A stretch of DNA of 61,672 nt from Desulfurellales bacterium (GCA_027045065.1 JALUBE010000120.1:1-61672); one strand, 5' to 3'. Positions 11,918 through 23,033 are shown, numbered from the stretch's first letter. Made by a program: numbers and translations. The notes: generated from the letters alone by a model not told the origin.

Positions 11918-14330
11918 ACTTTTTTGCCAACCTCACAGCCTCTATTGCATCCTTTGCATACAGATCTGCACCGATCTTTTTTGCAAATTCCTCTGTAACT
12001 GCTGCGCCGCCTACCATTATTTTGACCTTTAATCCCTTCATCTTGATTTTATCGATGACGTTTTTCATGTTTACCATCGTTGTTGTCATCAGTGCCGATA
12101 GACCCACTGCATCGGCATGGTATTCCTCTATCGCCTTTATAATCGTCTCATCATCAACATTTTTGCCCAAATCTACCACTTCAAATCCGTTTGTTTCAAA
12201 CAGTAGCGACACGATGTTTTTTCCTATGTCGTGTATATCACCCCTAACCGTTGCCATAACAATTGTTTTGCCCGTTTTTTGGTTTGTTGCCCTTTTCTTG
12301 ATTACCTCTTTTAAAATGTTGAAAGCCTTTTTCATGGCGTTTGCAGATTTTATCATCTGTGGTAGGAAGTATATGCCCCTATCGTAGAGTTTTCCCACAA
12401 CATCCAATGCAGGTATTAGTATTTTGTTGCTTATATCAAGGGGCTCGTATTTCTTTAAAGCCTCTTCCGTTAGTTTTACAACATCCTCTTCATTGCCCTC
12501 AACGACACACATAAACAGCTTATCCTCAAGTGATCCCTTTTCAAACTGCGATTCAATAATCTCCTCTTTCTTTGCGCTTTGTGTCTTGTCTTGTAATGTT
12601 ATGTCTGATGAGTTGTTTATGTAAATTGAAGCATCTTTGTCCCTGTCAACAATTAGGTCGCTTGCAAACTTTATCTGCCACAAGAGTTCATCATAAGGGT
12701 TGACGATTGCACTGTCTAATCCGTTGTAAACTGCCATTGCAAGGTACGATGCGTTTATGAGCTTTCTATTTGGGAGACCAAATGACACGTTGCTTAAGCC
12801 GAGTATCGTCGTTATGCCATATCTTTCCTTTATCAACCTGATGGCCTTTAAACTTTCCAGTGCCCTGATCTTATCGCTTCCCACAGTCAAAGCCAAAGCA
12901 TCAGCAACTATGTCCTCTTCCCTAATGCCAAATTCACTTGCCCTTTTTACAATCCTATCCAAAACGGATAACCTCTCTTCTGCCGTATTGGGAATACCCG
13001 TTTCGTCCAAAAGCAATGAGAGTATCGCAGCTCCGTACTTTTTGGCAAGTGGTAGAATAGCATCCATGCTTTCTGAAGATCCGTTAACGGAGTTTATCAA
13101 AACCTTTCCATCTGCTGCCTTTAGGCCTTCCTCGATGGCTTTAGGGTTGGATGAATCTATTACAAGCGGCACATTAACAACGCTTTGTACAGCAAGAACA
13201 CACTTTTTCATCATTGAAGGTTCGTCAATCATCGGCACGCCGACGTTTACATCCAATGCCTTCGCCCCATGCTCCACCTGTTCAATTGCCTCTTTTCTGT
13301 ATAAACCAGTTTTGCCTTCTTTTAACTGTTCCTTTAGGTGCTTTTTGCCTGTTGGATTAAGCCTTTCGCCTATGAATACAACGGGGTTACCGTAGCCTAT
13401 ATGGACGAGGTCTGTCCTACTTGTAAGCACCGTCGATTTCTTTATGTTTCTCTTTCTTGCTGGTTTACCCTTTAGTTTTTTTGCTAAAAGCCTTATGTGT
13501 TCAGGTGAAGTGCCGCAGCATCCCGCTACAATTGCAGCGTATTCTCTAAATTCGTCGGCGTACGATGCAAACTCCTCTGGTTCAACAGGGAATATGGTTT
13601 TTCCGTCCACCAGTCTTGGAATACCTGCATTGGGTTGTATAATCAGAGGCTTATCTGTAACATCTGCCATCCTTTTTACAAACTCGTTTAACAGATCCGG
13701 CCCTACTGAGCAGTTTGCACCGATTACGTCTACGTCCATGACTTCTACAGTTTTTGCAAATACTTCTGGCGATGTTCCAAGTATCGTTCTGCCGTCTTCT
13801 GCAAATGTCATCATAGCTATGATGGGTTTGTCCGTTAGCTCTCTAATTGCAACAATGGCTGCTTTCAGCTCCTTTATATCCATGAACGTCTCAAGTGAAA
13901 ACAGATCAACACCTGCATCGATTGCTGGTTTTGCTTGCTTCTTGAAAACCTCTTTGATGTAGTCAAAACTAACGTCTCCGACAGGTTCAATGAACTTTCC
14001 CGTTGGCCCTACCGATAAAGAGACAAAGCCCTTATCCTTTACTACGCTCTTTGCTATTTTGACGGCTTCAAAGTTTATTTCGTAGACTTTATCTTCCAAT
14101 CCAAACTCACTCAGCTTAATAGGGTTTGCGCCGAACGTGTTGGTGACAATGATGTCTGCACCTGCATCCAGATAAGACTTGTGTATCTCTGCGATCTCTT
14201 TGGGGTTTGTGACGTTTAAATAATCGGGACATGTGCCTGTTTTTAATATGCCCTTTTCTTGCAATTGAGTGCCCATTGCACCGTCTAAGATCAATATCTT
14301 TTTGCTTAACTCTTCCCTAAAACTTCTCAT
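11910..14330 (-). CDS. metH: Cobalamin-dependent methionine synthase core (Hcy-, pterin-, cap- and B12-binding domains; no AdoMet reactivation domain)
   Basis: LDGAMGT, GANCS, PNAGIP, GCCGT, IGERLNPTGKK, GLSNVSFGLP, GDIHDIGKNIV, SALMTTT. Confidence 0.9.
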   Translation of the reverse strand: MRSFREELSKKILILDGAMGTQLQEKGILKTGTCPDYLNVTNPKEIAEIHKSYLDAGADIIVTNTFGANPIKLSEFGLEDKVYEINFEAVKIAKSVVKDKGFVSLSVGPTGKFIEPVGDVSFDYIKEVFKKQAKPAIDAGVDLFSLETFMDIKELKAAIVAIRELTDKPIIAMMTFAEDGRTILGTSPEVFAKTVEVMDVDVIGANCSVGPDLLNEFVKRMADVTDKPLIIQPNAGIPRLVDGKTIFPVEPEEFASYADEFREYAAIVAGCCGTSPEHIRLLAKKLKGKPARKRNIKKSTVLTSRTDLVHIGYGNPVVFIGERLNPTGKKHLKEQLKEGKTGLYRKEAIEQVEHGAKALDVNVGVPMIDEPSMMKKCVLAVQSVVNVPLVIDSSNPKAIEEGLKAADGKVLINSVNGSSESMDAILPLAKKYGAAILSLLLDETGIPNTAEERLSVLDRIVKRASEFGIREEDIVADALALTVGSDKIRALESLKAIRLIKERYGITTILGLSNVSFGLPNRKLINASYLAMAVYNGLDSAIVNPYDELLWQIKFASDLIVDRDKDASIYINNSSDITLQDKTQSAKKEEIIESQFEKGSLEDKLFMCVVEGNEEDVVKLTEEALKKYEPLDISNKILIPALDVVGKLYDRGIYFLPQMIKSANAMKKAFNILKEVIKKRATNQKTGKTIVMATVRGDIHDIGKNIVSLLFETNGFEVVDLGKNVDDETIIKAIEEYHADAVGLSALMTTTMVNMKNVIDKIKMKGLKVKIMVGGAAVTEEFAKKIGADLYAKDAIEAVRLAKKYV

Positions 14331-17300
14331 TTACTTCACTCCAAAAATACTCAATGGCAACATGATTGTCCTTTTTACTACACCCAAAACGCCTTTTGCA
14401 AGACTTTTAAATGGGACGGGTTTTATTGTTGGACTGTTTGCATTTCCGTAAACATGGAAGCTCAAGCCCGTAAAGCTTTTGCTTTTTCCACCTATGATCC
14501 AACCCACGATGGGTATATGAGAGACTATTTTGTTAACTGTAGAGAACGTAATGAAAGTTACGTATGCGTCAATTTTTGATTTCAATAGGTCGTATTTGCC
14601 GTATGCAAATATGTCTATACTTTTACCTTTGATAATTGCAGCGTCGTTTTCTTTTGTCTTTACAACACCATTGTTTAGTTTTAGGTGGGCTTGGATTTTT
14701 TCGTACTGTATGCCCTTTGATATGTCTACGCCCTTTAAAAACAGGGAGAAGGGGTTTAAAAGTGTAAAGAGCTTTATCGAGGCAGGCGCGTTGGGTATGC
14801 AGCCGTTTTTGGTTGTAAAATTAATTGATCCAGAAAGGTCTTTTAATGAAAATGTGTACTTCTTTTTGTAATATAGATTCGCATAAAGATCCATCGTATT
14901 TTTCTTGTTGGGGCAATCTGTCAAAAATGACCAGACAGCTGTATCGTTGATTGCAACTTTTATTGATTTCTTTGGTTTTTCTATATTTAAAATCCAGTTC
15001 GTGAAAGGTGACTTGAGTTTTACTTTAGTTATTTTATGGGTATTTACAAATTTCACAACAGTGGCTTTTAGATCCTTTTTCTTTTCCTTGTGTTTTAAAA
15101 CCAAATCAAGTGTGCTGAACTCAACTTGTATATACTGATTGGGCAAGTGTATAATTGTATTTTTGTTTTGTCTTTTTGTTTTTTTCTTGAGCATATCTGT
15201 GTCTAATGTGAATTTTTGCGAGAACAGGTTTAATTTTATGGATTGGTCTTTTAAATTGTACTCACCATTTGCAATTAGGTGGTTTTTTAAGAAATCAAAC
15301 GAGGCGTTGCTTAGCGCAATACTGTTTATATGAGAGTTTATGTATGCATTTAGGTTTCTGATACCGTAGAGTGAACCATCTTTAATGGTTAAGGTTATCT
15401 TTTTTATGTAGGGTTTTTGTGATATTGAGAAATCGACCATACCGCTTACGATGCCTGATACGGGAATGGGTAAAAGACTTTGTATATCGGAGATCTTTAA
15501 CTCATTTGCCCTTGCTGATAGATTTATGATCTTTTTCTGTTTTACATCTATGACGCCAGAAAGCGAAAGATTACCGATGCCTTGAGCTGTTAGTTTTTTA
15601 ATTTTCAATATGCCATTTGAAAATGCGCCAGTTACGTTTGTATTCAATGCGATGCCTTTGAATGTTATGGGTATCGTTAGATTTGTTGAGAATGTAAAGT
15701 TGTCTATTGCCCCATTTACGTTGCCGTTCACCTTTACCCAATTTAACTTGAGCTTATCAGTTTCATTTGCTATTGCGTTTTCTAAAAAATTTAGCTCATC
15801 CCTTGAAATTTTTGCGTTTATTTGACCATATAAGCCCAACTTTGGCTTTATCGTTAGTTTCAGTTTGCTTGTTTTGAACTGTGATTCCCTTGTCTGCGCT
15901 GTGAAGTTTTTAAAGAGTATATATAGCGAGGTTACTCTACCATTTTTTGTTAATCTGTTTATTTCAACGTATCCTGAGGCTTTTACCCACTGATTAGGTA
16001 TATTAGGATTTTCGAATTCGATATCTTTGGGATATAACTTTAGTGAGAAATCAAAGTATGGCTTGGGTTTGAATCTATAACTGTAAACGTCTATTCTTGC
16101 CTTGATTTTGCCTTTTAGGTTCTTTGATCTTCCCAATAGCTTTAAATCGCTTTCTGATAATATGTTTTCTTCTATGAATAGCCTAACAAGTTCTGTTACT
16201 GTGCCGTAAAGGTTCAGATGTAGATCACTTCTAAAGCTTTTTCTGTAAAGTATAAAGCTTGAGTTCTTTGCTTTGATTTTATCAAATATACCAGAAGCTA
16301 TGGCTATGATTTTATCTTCCGTTATTTTAACCTTGCCGTTATTTAGCTCAAAAAATGGGTTACTTGGGTTTATTCTAAACTTTACGTCCTTGATAAAAAT
16401 CAGGCCGCTTTTAACAAAAGATAGCGATGGTTGTCCTGAAAATTCAACTCTTCTTAAAGAGATTTCACCAGATCTAAGATACGGTTTTATATCCTTTGGT
16501 AATAGGTAGAAAAACTGTGATACATCAATGAACGGTGTGGAGATTGAGCCTGAAAGTGTGGATTTGACAGGATTCTTTGTGTTAAAGTTGCCACTCAGTT
16601 TCAAAAAAAGGCCATTTTTACTCTTTGAAGTTAGATTTCTGATTTTTATTGTACCAGTATCTATTTTGCCTGTAATTTCTGTTGACAAACCGGACAGCAA
16701 TATGGATTTGAACCTAAAGGACGATACCTTTGAATTGATCGAAAAGTCAAGATTTTTATCTAAATTTCCCTCCGTTTTAATGTTTCTTGCTAAAGCACCA
16801 GATATTTTTATCTTGGGTATCTCCGATCTAAATGCCAATTTGCCCTTTTGAATCTTCAAATTTAATCCAACGGGTATTTTGTCTATCGTTCCTTTAAAAC
16901 CCAAAGAATTACTTTTTGTCAAAATATTTGCAGTTAGATTTAACTGCCCGTTTATGTTTATTTGGTTAATCTCAATGCTTATCTTTGGTATGTAGATGTC
17001 TACGGGTATGTATGGAATTTCAGGGAAGGTTAACCTTTTTTTTGATTTTGACTGTGTTTGCTTTATCTTGATGAAAACCTTTTCTACACCAATTTTTCCA
17101 AAGTAGTCCTTTCCCGTAATTTTTGCGACCAAGAGCTTGGCAACGTTTAAATCAACATGGGGTTTGTAAGCCGAAAGCTCAAACTCTTTGGATTTTATGT
17201 ACATGTTTTTGACAGTGATTGTAAGGTTGGGAAATTGCTTATTGATACCTATTTTGTTAACAGAAACAACAATTCCCTTTGTCTTGGCAGAAATTAGTTG

Positions 17301-17423
17301 CTTGTTTAAAATAGAACTTATTCTATTTGGTGTTATGGAGTGCCATACAAAAAAAATAGCCGCTGCGACCAGAAGGATTAAGGCAGCAACGGCTATTGAT
17401 GAATACCTGAGAACTTTTTTCAT
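14331..17423 (-). CDS. AsmA-like/YhdP-type bridge-like envelope protein
   Basis: Single N-terminal TM anchor, ~1000 aa of beta-rich repeats, AsmA-like C-terminus (NKIVSHIPIVGWII...VYGNANSPTI). Confidence 0.7.
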   Translation of the reverse strand: MKKVLRYSSIAVAALILLVAAAIFFVWHSITPNRISSILNKQLISAKTKGIVVSVNKIGINKQFPNLTITVKNMYIKSKEFELSAYKPHVDLNVAKLLVAKITGKDYFGKIGVEKVFIKIKQTQSKSKKRLTFPEIPYIPVDIYIPKISIEINQININGQLNLTANILTKSNSLGFKGTIDKIPVGLNLKIQKGKLAFRSEIPKIKISGALARNIKTEGNLDKNLDFSINSKVSSFRFKSILLSGLSTEITGKIDTGTIKIRNLTSKSKNGLFLKLSGNFNTKNPVKSTLSGSISTPFIDVSQFFYLLPKDIKPYLRSGEISLRRVEFSGQPSLSFVKSGLIFIKDVKFRINPSNPFFELNNGKVKITEDKIIAIASGIFDKIKAKNSSFILYRKSFRSDLHLNLYGTVTELVRLFIEENILSESDLKLLGRSKNLKGKIKARIDVYSYRFKPKPYFDFSLKLYPKDIEFENPNIPNQWVKASGYVEINRLTKNGRVTSLYILFKNFTAQTRESQFKTSKLKLTIKPKLGLYGQINAKISRDELNFLENAIANETDKLKLNWVKVNGNVNGAIDNFTFSTNLTIPITFKGIALNTNVTGAFSNGILKIKKLTAQGIGNLSLSGVIDVKQKKIINLSARANELKISDIQSLLPIPVSGIVSGMVDFSISQKPYIKKITLTIKDGSLYGIRNLNAYINSHINSIALSNASFDFLKNHLIANGEYNLKDQSIKLNLFSQKFTLDTDMLKKKTKRQNKNTIIHLPNQYIQVEFSTLDLVLKHKEKKKDLKATVVKFVNTHKITKVKLKSPFTNWILNIEKPKKSIKVAINDTAVWSFLTDCPNKKNTMDLYANLYYKKKYTFSLKDLSGSINFTTKNGCIPNAPASIKLFTLLNPFSLFLKGVDISKGIQYEKIQAHLKLNNGVVKTKENDAAIIKGKSIDIFAYGKYDLLKSKIDAYVTFITFSTVNKIVSHIPIVGWIIGGKSKSFTGLSFHVYGNANSPTIKPVPFKSLAKGVLGVVKRTIMLPLSIFGVK

Positions 17424-18241
17424 TTCTTCTTAATGTACTTCGATATGTCCTGCAGTCCTAAAATTACGTAACCTTCATTTTTTCCCGTCTTTATTATCAT
17501 GGCTGGCGTTCCATTTATGCCATGCTCGAATGCCGTCCTTAAGATCTTATCAAGCAAGGGCTTGTATTCCTTATATATCTTACCCATGTTCTTTTGATTT
17601 TTTACGGCTTCTGACACCTTTGAGAACTCTGCACCCTCAACTTTGTTGATAGCCTCATTTAGACCCTTGTTTTTTTCAATGTTCAAAAACAACGCACTAG
17701 CGCGAGCTGCCCTTTCTCCATGCACATCGAAGGGAATGATGTGGAGTTTTATTTTGCCCTCTTTGGCAAGCTTTAAGAGGCGGGGCAACTCCCTTTTGCA
17801 GAATGGGCAATAGGGGTCTGAGAACATGTAAACCTCAACACCTTTCCCAATAGATTTTTTTGCGTTTTTTGGCATTTCTTTTAACAGTTCATTGAGCCAA
17901 CTGATGTCCGTTTTTGCCTGTTCAACGGACACTTTTGGTTCAACCCTTGTTAGCCTGCCATTTTCAAACTTTAGCACTATTGGGACTATAATTTGCTTGT
18001 TCTTTGAAACCCACAAATATCTGTGGTAAATTGTACCGGTGTTTTTGTTCTTAATGGATACGTTGAGTTGCTTAAAACCCTTTAATTCGCTCTTTTTCTC
18101 AACCTTTACTGTGTAAGGTGTGTTTGGTGGTACAAGTTTGCCAACTATATCCTTGTATGTTGAGCTGTTGCCACTGGCTAAAGCTGGAAGGGACAGACAC
18201 GCCACCAATGCACTGCTGATGATCGTTTTTCCAAATCTCAT
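17420..18241 (-). CDS. Periplasmic DsbC/DsbA-family thiol:disulfide oxidoreductase
   Basis: Signal peptide, FSDPYCPFC, GINGTP cis-Pro loop. Confidence 0.8.
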   Translation of the reverse strand: MRFGKTIISSALVACLSLPALASGNSSTYKDIVGKLVPPNTPYTVKVEKKSELKGFKQLNVSIKNKNTGTIYHRYLWVSKNKQIIVPIVLKFENGRLTRVEPKVSVEQAKTDISWLNELLKEMPKNAKKSIGKGVEVYMFSDPYCPFCKRELPRLLKLAKEGKIKLHIIPFDVHGERAARASALFLNIEKNKGLNEAINKVEGAEFSKVSEAVKNQKNMGKIYKEYKPLLDKILRTAFEHGINGTPAMIIKTGKNEGYVILGLQDISKYIKKK

Positions 18242-18320
18242 CTTTCACCTCCAATTTTTTGTCGGTTAGATTATATATTTTTTCTTGAGAATTACAACAA
18301 TCAATGATTTTTTAAGGTGG

Positions 18321-18349
18321 TTGACAATGATACCCTCATCCTTTACAAT
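18321..18349 (+). promoter_or_regulatory. Sigma70 promoter for the cpoB-like/LysM/cysS operon
   Basis: TTGACA-17 nt-TACAAT, followed by AGGAGG and ATG 18370. Confidence 0.7.
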
Positions 18350-18369
18350 TCAAAACCACAGGAGGCGCT

Positions 18370-19179
18370 ATGCTAAGGAGATTTTTGTTTGTTACACTTG
18401 CGAGTTTTTTCCTGTATTCTTGTGGTTTCGATAGTTCCATTTTGATAAAAAGAATTGATCTTCTGCAACAACAGGTTAACCTAAACTCCCAGAGGATTAC
18501 AGAGAATTCAGAACGCATTGATAGTATAGAACAAAAAATTGAGAAAATAAAAGAGAGGCTTGCAAAAGAAAGGGAACAGAATAACTTTTTGGCTCAAATT
18601 CCGCCTGTTACTGTAATTGATAATGAGACACAGGGTTCACTAAAAAGTCAATCTCCTATGAATGACGATAACGGTAGTGTTAAAAAGCAGGTGTCAAAAG
18701 TTGAGAAGGTTAAAAGTGAAAAGGATATCAGGACTGCAAGTGGGCATGTGGTTAGTAAATCTGCTGTAAAGAGCAATTTACAAAATAAAGATTTAGATCC
18801 CAATAAGCTATACAAGAAGGCCTTATCTTTGTATTTTTCATCCAATTACGAGGATGCGTCGAAGTTATTTAAAGAGTTCTTGAAGAATTTTGATAAAACC
18901 AATCCTCTGTACGACAATGCCATGTTTTGGCTTGCCTACTGCTACCTGCATGAGAACAAAACACAAAAAGCTGTTGAATTGTTTAATAGGTTAATAGAGG
19001 AGTTTCCCTACGGATCCGTTGAAAACGGCGGAAAGACCGATGCCGCTATATATGCTTTGATAAAGATATACAGAAAGGAAGGTAATACAGGACAAATCAA
19101 TAAATACAGTCACTTGCTCTTAAAGAGATTTCCCCAAAGCAAGTATGCTGCATATTTGAAAAGGAGGCAAAAGGGATGA
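18370..19179 (+). CDS. TPR lipoprotein, CpoB/YbgF-like
   Basis: Lipobox LYSC, coiled coil, TPR repeats (LYKKALSLY...NAMFWLAYCY...FPQS). Confidence 0.7.
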   Translation: MLRRFLFVTLASFFLYSCGFDSSILIKRIDLLQQQVNLNSQRITENSERIDSIEQKIEKIKERLAKEREQNNFLAQIPPVTVIDNETQGSLKSQSPMNDDNGSVKKQVSKVEKVKSEKDIRTASGHVVSKSAVKSNLQNKDLDPNKLYKKALSLYFSSNYEDASKLFKEFLKNFDKTNPLYDNAMFWLAYCYLHENKTQKAVELFNRLIEEFPYGSVENGGKTDAAIYALIKIYRKEGNTGQINKYSHLLLKRFPQSKYAAYLKRRQKG

Positions 19180-20150
19180 AAAGATTTTTTTGGGTTTTGT
19201 TTATATTATCGATTGCCTTGAATTCTTACGCTATAGGTGAACTGTATGTGGTTAAACCCCACGACACACTGTGGGATATATCAAAGAGGTTCTATAAGAA
19301 CCCCTACCTATGGGGTAAAATATGGAAAAACAATGCGTATATCAATAATCCGAATCTGATCTTTCCTGGTGAGATTTTAAAGGTTGGAAAGTACGGATTG
19401 GAGATATTTAAGCCGCAAAAGAAGGCAAATAACCAGCCTGTAAAGAGGGCAAAGAATGAGCACATTAAGAAATACATTACAGCCATTTGGTTTGATGGTC
19501 ATAGGTTCTTTTCATCGTGTGGAAAGGGTTACTGTATTTGGGATAAAGGGGATTTTGAGCTTGCAAAGATGAGCTTTGATACATACGACAACATAGAGGT
19601 TACTTTGGGGGATACGGTTTACCTTCATACAGACAGGAGTAGTTTACCAAAAAAACTCTATGTCTATAGGGAATACAAGGATTTTTTGGATACATCTCTT
19701 TGCTCGGATGAGGATAGCGTCTTTTTGCCTTTAGGTGAAATAGAGGTTGTAAAAAAGGTTAAAAATGGCATTTTTGAGGGCAAGGTTACAAAGTCTGTAA
19801 CAGAAATTTCAAAGGACGACGTGGTATCGAGTGTTTACCCGTACGAAACGGTTGAAAAGCAAGTTATGGCAAAGGTCGGAGATGTAAAGGTTAAACAGAT
19901 ATTGGTAGAACAAAATGAAATGCAGAGCGGCTTAGGTTTTATATTTTTCTTTAAGGCTTCAAAGAATCTGCCTGTGTTGGCAGGCAAGGAGATAGAACTT
20001 GCTAGGGTAAATGAAGGTTCGCCTGTCCCTGTCACAGTAGCAAGAGGTATTGTCATCAGCCAATATAAAAGGTTTATAGGCATCTATTTCCCCTCCATTA
20101 ATGGCTTAAAAGAGATTCCAGACAGGACACAAGAATACGTTTTGAGGTGA
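19176..20150 (+). CDS. LysM peptidoglycan-binding protein
   Basis: Signal peptide, YVVKPHDTLWDISKRFYKNPYLWGKIW..N..INNPNLIFPG. Confidence 0.8.
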   Translation: MKRFFWVLFILSIALNSYAIGELYVVKPHDTLWDISKRFYKNPYLWGKIWKNNAYINNPNLIFPGEILKVGKYGLEIFKPQKKANNQPVKRAKNEHIKKYITAIWFDGHRFFSSCGKGYCIWDKGDFELAKMSFDTYDNIEVTLGDTVYLHTDRSSLPKKLYVYREYKDFLDTSLCSDEDSVFLPLGEIEVVKKVKNGIFEGKVTKSVTEISKDDVVSSVYPYETVEKQVMAKVGDVKVKQILVEQNEMQSGLGFIFFFKASKNLPVLAGKEIELARVNEGSPVPVTVARGIVISQYKRFIGIYFPSINGLKEIPDRTQEYVLR

Positions 20151-20156
20151 TAGGAT

Positions 20157-21584
20157 ATGTTAAAGGTCTATAACACGGCTTCAAGGAGCTTAGAGGAGTT
20201 TAAACCGCTGAATGATAACAAAGTTGGTATGTACGTGTGCGGTGTTACGGTTTATGATTTCTGTCACATCGGTCATGGCAGAAGCGCCGTTGCTTTCGAT
20301 TTAATCTATAGATACTTGAAGTACAAGGGCTATGATGTGACGTTTGTTAAGAATTTTACCGATGTGGATGACAAAATAATCAACAGGGCAAATAAAGAGA
20401 GTGTTAGTTGTGAGGAGATTTCGAATAGGTATATTGAAGAGTACTACAAAGATATGGACAAGTTGAATATAGAAAGGCCCACATATGAGCCAAAAGCAAC
20501 GGAGCATATAAATGAGATTATTGACTTGGTTAAAAAGCTGATTGAGAAGGGCTTTGCATACGAGGTGAACGGTGATGTCTACTTCAGTGTTGAGAAATTC
20601 AAGGATTACGGTAAGCTGTCGCGCAAAAATATAGAGGAATTAAAAAGCGGCGCAAGGGTTGAGATAAACGAAAAAAAGAAGAATCCGCTGGACTTTGCTT
20701 TGTGGAAGAAATCCAAAGAGGGTGAACCGCGGTGGGATTCACCGTGGGGAAAAGGTAGGCCTGGATGGCATATTGAATGTTCTGCTATGAGTATGAAGTA
20801 CTTAGGCGAATCGTTTGATATACACGGTGGTGGTGAGGACTTGGTTTTTCCTCATCACGAAAACGAAATAGCCCAGAGTGAGGCGGCCACAGGAAAGCCA
20901 TTTGCCAAATATTGGATACACAACGGTTTTGTGAGGATAAATAAGGAAAAGATGAGTAAATCATTGGGCAACTTTTTCACATTGAGAGATGTACTAAAAC
21001 AGTACAACGGAGAAACGTTGAGGTATTTTCTACTTTTAACCCATTACAGAAGCCCCATAGATTTCTCATTTGAGGGATTGGATTCAGCCAAAGAGGCATT
21101 GAATAGGTTTTATAACTTCATACAGAGGCTTGAAGAGACCGAGTTTTTTAAGGATGGCGAGAGAAATGTTGAGCTTGAAAGCGTATTGAATTCTTTGATA
21201 GAGCGTTTTGAAGATGCAATGGACGATGACTTTAATGCTCCGAAAGCCATAGGTGAGGTTTTTGCAACAATTAGGTCTTTCAACCAGTATCTGGACAGGA
21301 TGGAGAAGGAGAGCAAGAAACCCTTTAGTGGCTATAAGGAGAAGTTTTTGGACGATATAAACAAGATCTCGTCGGTTTTGGGTGTATTTGGGACATCTTC
21401 TGCAAGCTGGTTCATACCAGGGGACATTGACGTGGAATGGGTTAAAAGGAAGATAGAGGAGAGGGCTATAGCGAGAAAAAGGAAGGATTTCGAGACGGCA
21501 GATAAGATTAGGGATGAACTTGCCAAGCATGGTATTATCCTTGAAGATGCAAGGAACTATACGAGATGGAAAGTGAAAAGATAG
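20157..21584 (+). CDS. cysS: Cysteine-tRNA ligase
   Basis: [27 protein letters not shown]. Confidence 0.98.
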   Translation: MLKVYNTASRSLEEFKPLNDNKVGMYVCGVTVYDFCHIGHGRSAVAFDLIYRYLKYKGYDVTFVKNFTDVDDKIINRANKESVSCEEISNRYIEEYYKDMDKLNIERPTYEPKATEHINEIIDLVKKLIEKGFAYEVNGDVYFSVEKFKDYGKLSRKNIEELKSGARVEINEKKKNPLDFALWKKSKEGEPRWDSPWGKGRPGWHIECSAMSMKYLGESFDIHGGGEDLVFPHHENEIAQSEAATGKPFAKYWIHNGFVRINKEKMSKSLGNFFTLRDVLKQYNGETLRYFLLLTHYRSPIDFSFEGLDSAKEALNRFYNFIQRLEETEFFKDGERNVELESVLNSLIERFEDAMDDDFNAPKAIGEVFATIRSFNQYLDRMEKESKKPFSGYKEKFLDDINKISSVLGVFGTSSASWFIPGDIDVEWVKRKIEERAIARKRKDFETADKIRDELAKHGIILEDARNYTRWKVKR

Positions 21585-22432
21585 ACAACGAAAAGGGTTT
21601 GTTGCTGGACGATGAGATAGATAAATTCGAAAGTAATGCACTTACAAACTATCTAAAGGAGATATCAAGTATACCTGTACTTTCTCAAGAAGAAGAGAGA
21701 GAATTGGGCTATAGGATTAAAAAGGGTGATAAAGAAGCACTAAAGAAATTGGTCAAACACAACCTACGTTTTGTTGTTAGTGTAGCTAAGAAATATAGGA
21801 ATTTGGGCATACCATTGATGGATCTAATAAATGAGGGTAATTTGGGTCTGATAAAGGCTGCGAAGAAGTTTGACCCAGATAGGGATGTGAAATTTATCTC
21901 CTATGCAGCGTGGTGGATTAAGCAGTCGATAATGAAATACATAACCGAGCAGAGCGCGCCTATAAAAATTCCTCTAAAGGCCAAAAACAGGTTACAAAAG
22001 TTGGATAGCCTGAGGGATGAGTATAAAAAGACATACAATGAAGAACCATCCGAAGAAGAACTCATGGATATCGCAGATTTGAGCGAGCGTGAGTTGAAGA
22101 ATACAGAGTTAACACGATTTAGGTTTGAATCGCTGGACGATTATGTGGGTGACGACAAGGATATCGCCTTAAGTGATCTTATTAGTCTGGAAGAGGAGTC
22201 TGTAGAGGATAGGCATATAAAGAAATCATTAATCGAAGAGGTTAATAGATGCCTTGAGGAGCTACCAGAAAGAGAAAAAGACATAATAAAGCTTAGATAC
22301 GGTCTTTACGACGGTAAACCGAGAACACTCAGAGAAATTGGTGAAAAATACGGCATAAGTAAAGAGAGGGTGAGGCAGTTAGAAAACAACATTCTTAATA
22401 AATTGAAAAGGAAGCTAAAGGGATATAAATGA
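21566..22432 (+). CDS. Sigma70-family RNA polymerase sigma factor (RpoD/RpoS-like, no region 1.1)
   Basis: [48 protein letters not shown]. Confidence 0.88.
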   Translation: MESEKIDNEKGLLLDDEIDKFESNALTNYLKEISSIPVLSQEEERELGYRIKKGDKEALKKLVKHNLRFVVSVAKKYRNLGIPLMDLINEGNLGLIKAAKKFDPDRDVKFISYAAWWIKQSIMKYITEQSAPIKIPLKAKNRLQKLDSLRDEYKKTYNEEPSEEELMDIADLSERELKNTELTRFRFESLDDYVGDDKDIALSDLISLEEESVEDRHIKKSLIEEVNRCLEELPEREKDIIKLRYGLYDGKPRTLREIGEKYGISKERVRQLENNILNKLKRKLKGYK

Positions 22433-23031
22433 ACCCTTATGAGGTGCTCGGTGTTAATGATAATGTTTCAGAAGAACAGTTGCGAGAGATATTTATTAGC
22501 CTTGCCAAAAAGTTCCATCCTGACACGGCAACCACTGAGGAAGAGAGGAGAGAAAAGGAAAGGCGTTTTAAGGAGATCACTTATGCCTATGGGCTTTTAA
22601 AGGGCAAATTGGAAAAACCCTTGTATATGGATGAAAAAGATAAAAATAAGGGTTTAGATGTTTCTTTGATAAAGAAAAAGGCCCATGTATTTATCAAGAA
22701 TGGTGATTTCAACTCAGCTATAGATATTCTAAAGATTCTGGATGAAGATGACCATGAGGTCAACATGCTGTTGGGTTTGGCGTTGTTTAAGAAGAAAAAG
22801 TATCATCTTGCAGTTGAGCATTTTAAAAAGGCCATAGAAATAAACCCGTGGAAGGCGGATCCCTATGTCTATTTGGGAGAGGTTTATTCAGAGATTAATT
22901 TGAAAAAATCTGCCATGCACTATTACAAAGAGGCATTAAAGATAGATCCAAACAGCACTATGGCTCTAAATGGAATAAAAAAACTCTCTAAAGTTAAGTT
23001 TTCCATAAAATCCCTGTTCAAAAAAGGTTAA
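22429..23031 (+). CDS. J-domain + TPR protein
   Basis: NPYEVLGV...AKKFHPD...FKEITYAY, followed by TPR repeats. Confidence 0.82.
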   Translation: MNPYEVLGVNDNVSEEQLREIFISLAKKFHPDTATTEEERREKERRFKEITYAYGLLKGKLEKPLYMDEKDKNKGLDVSLIKKKAHVFIKNGDFNSAIDILKILDEDDHEVNMLLGLALFKKKKYHLAVEHFKKAIEINPWKADPYVYLGEVYSEINLKKSAMHYYKEALKIDPNSTMALNGIKKLSKVKFSIKSLFKKG

Positions 23032-23033
23032 TC

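Noticed and set aside
11331-13962. Long plus-strand ORFs (233, 190, 212, 172 aa)
   Set aside because: Antisense to flgR/metH, no motifs or RBS; typical stop-poor shadow frames
21084-21641. 185-aa minus-strand ORF
   Set aside because: Antisense to cysS with no recognisable features
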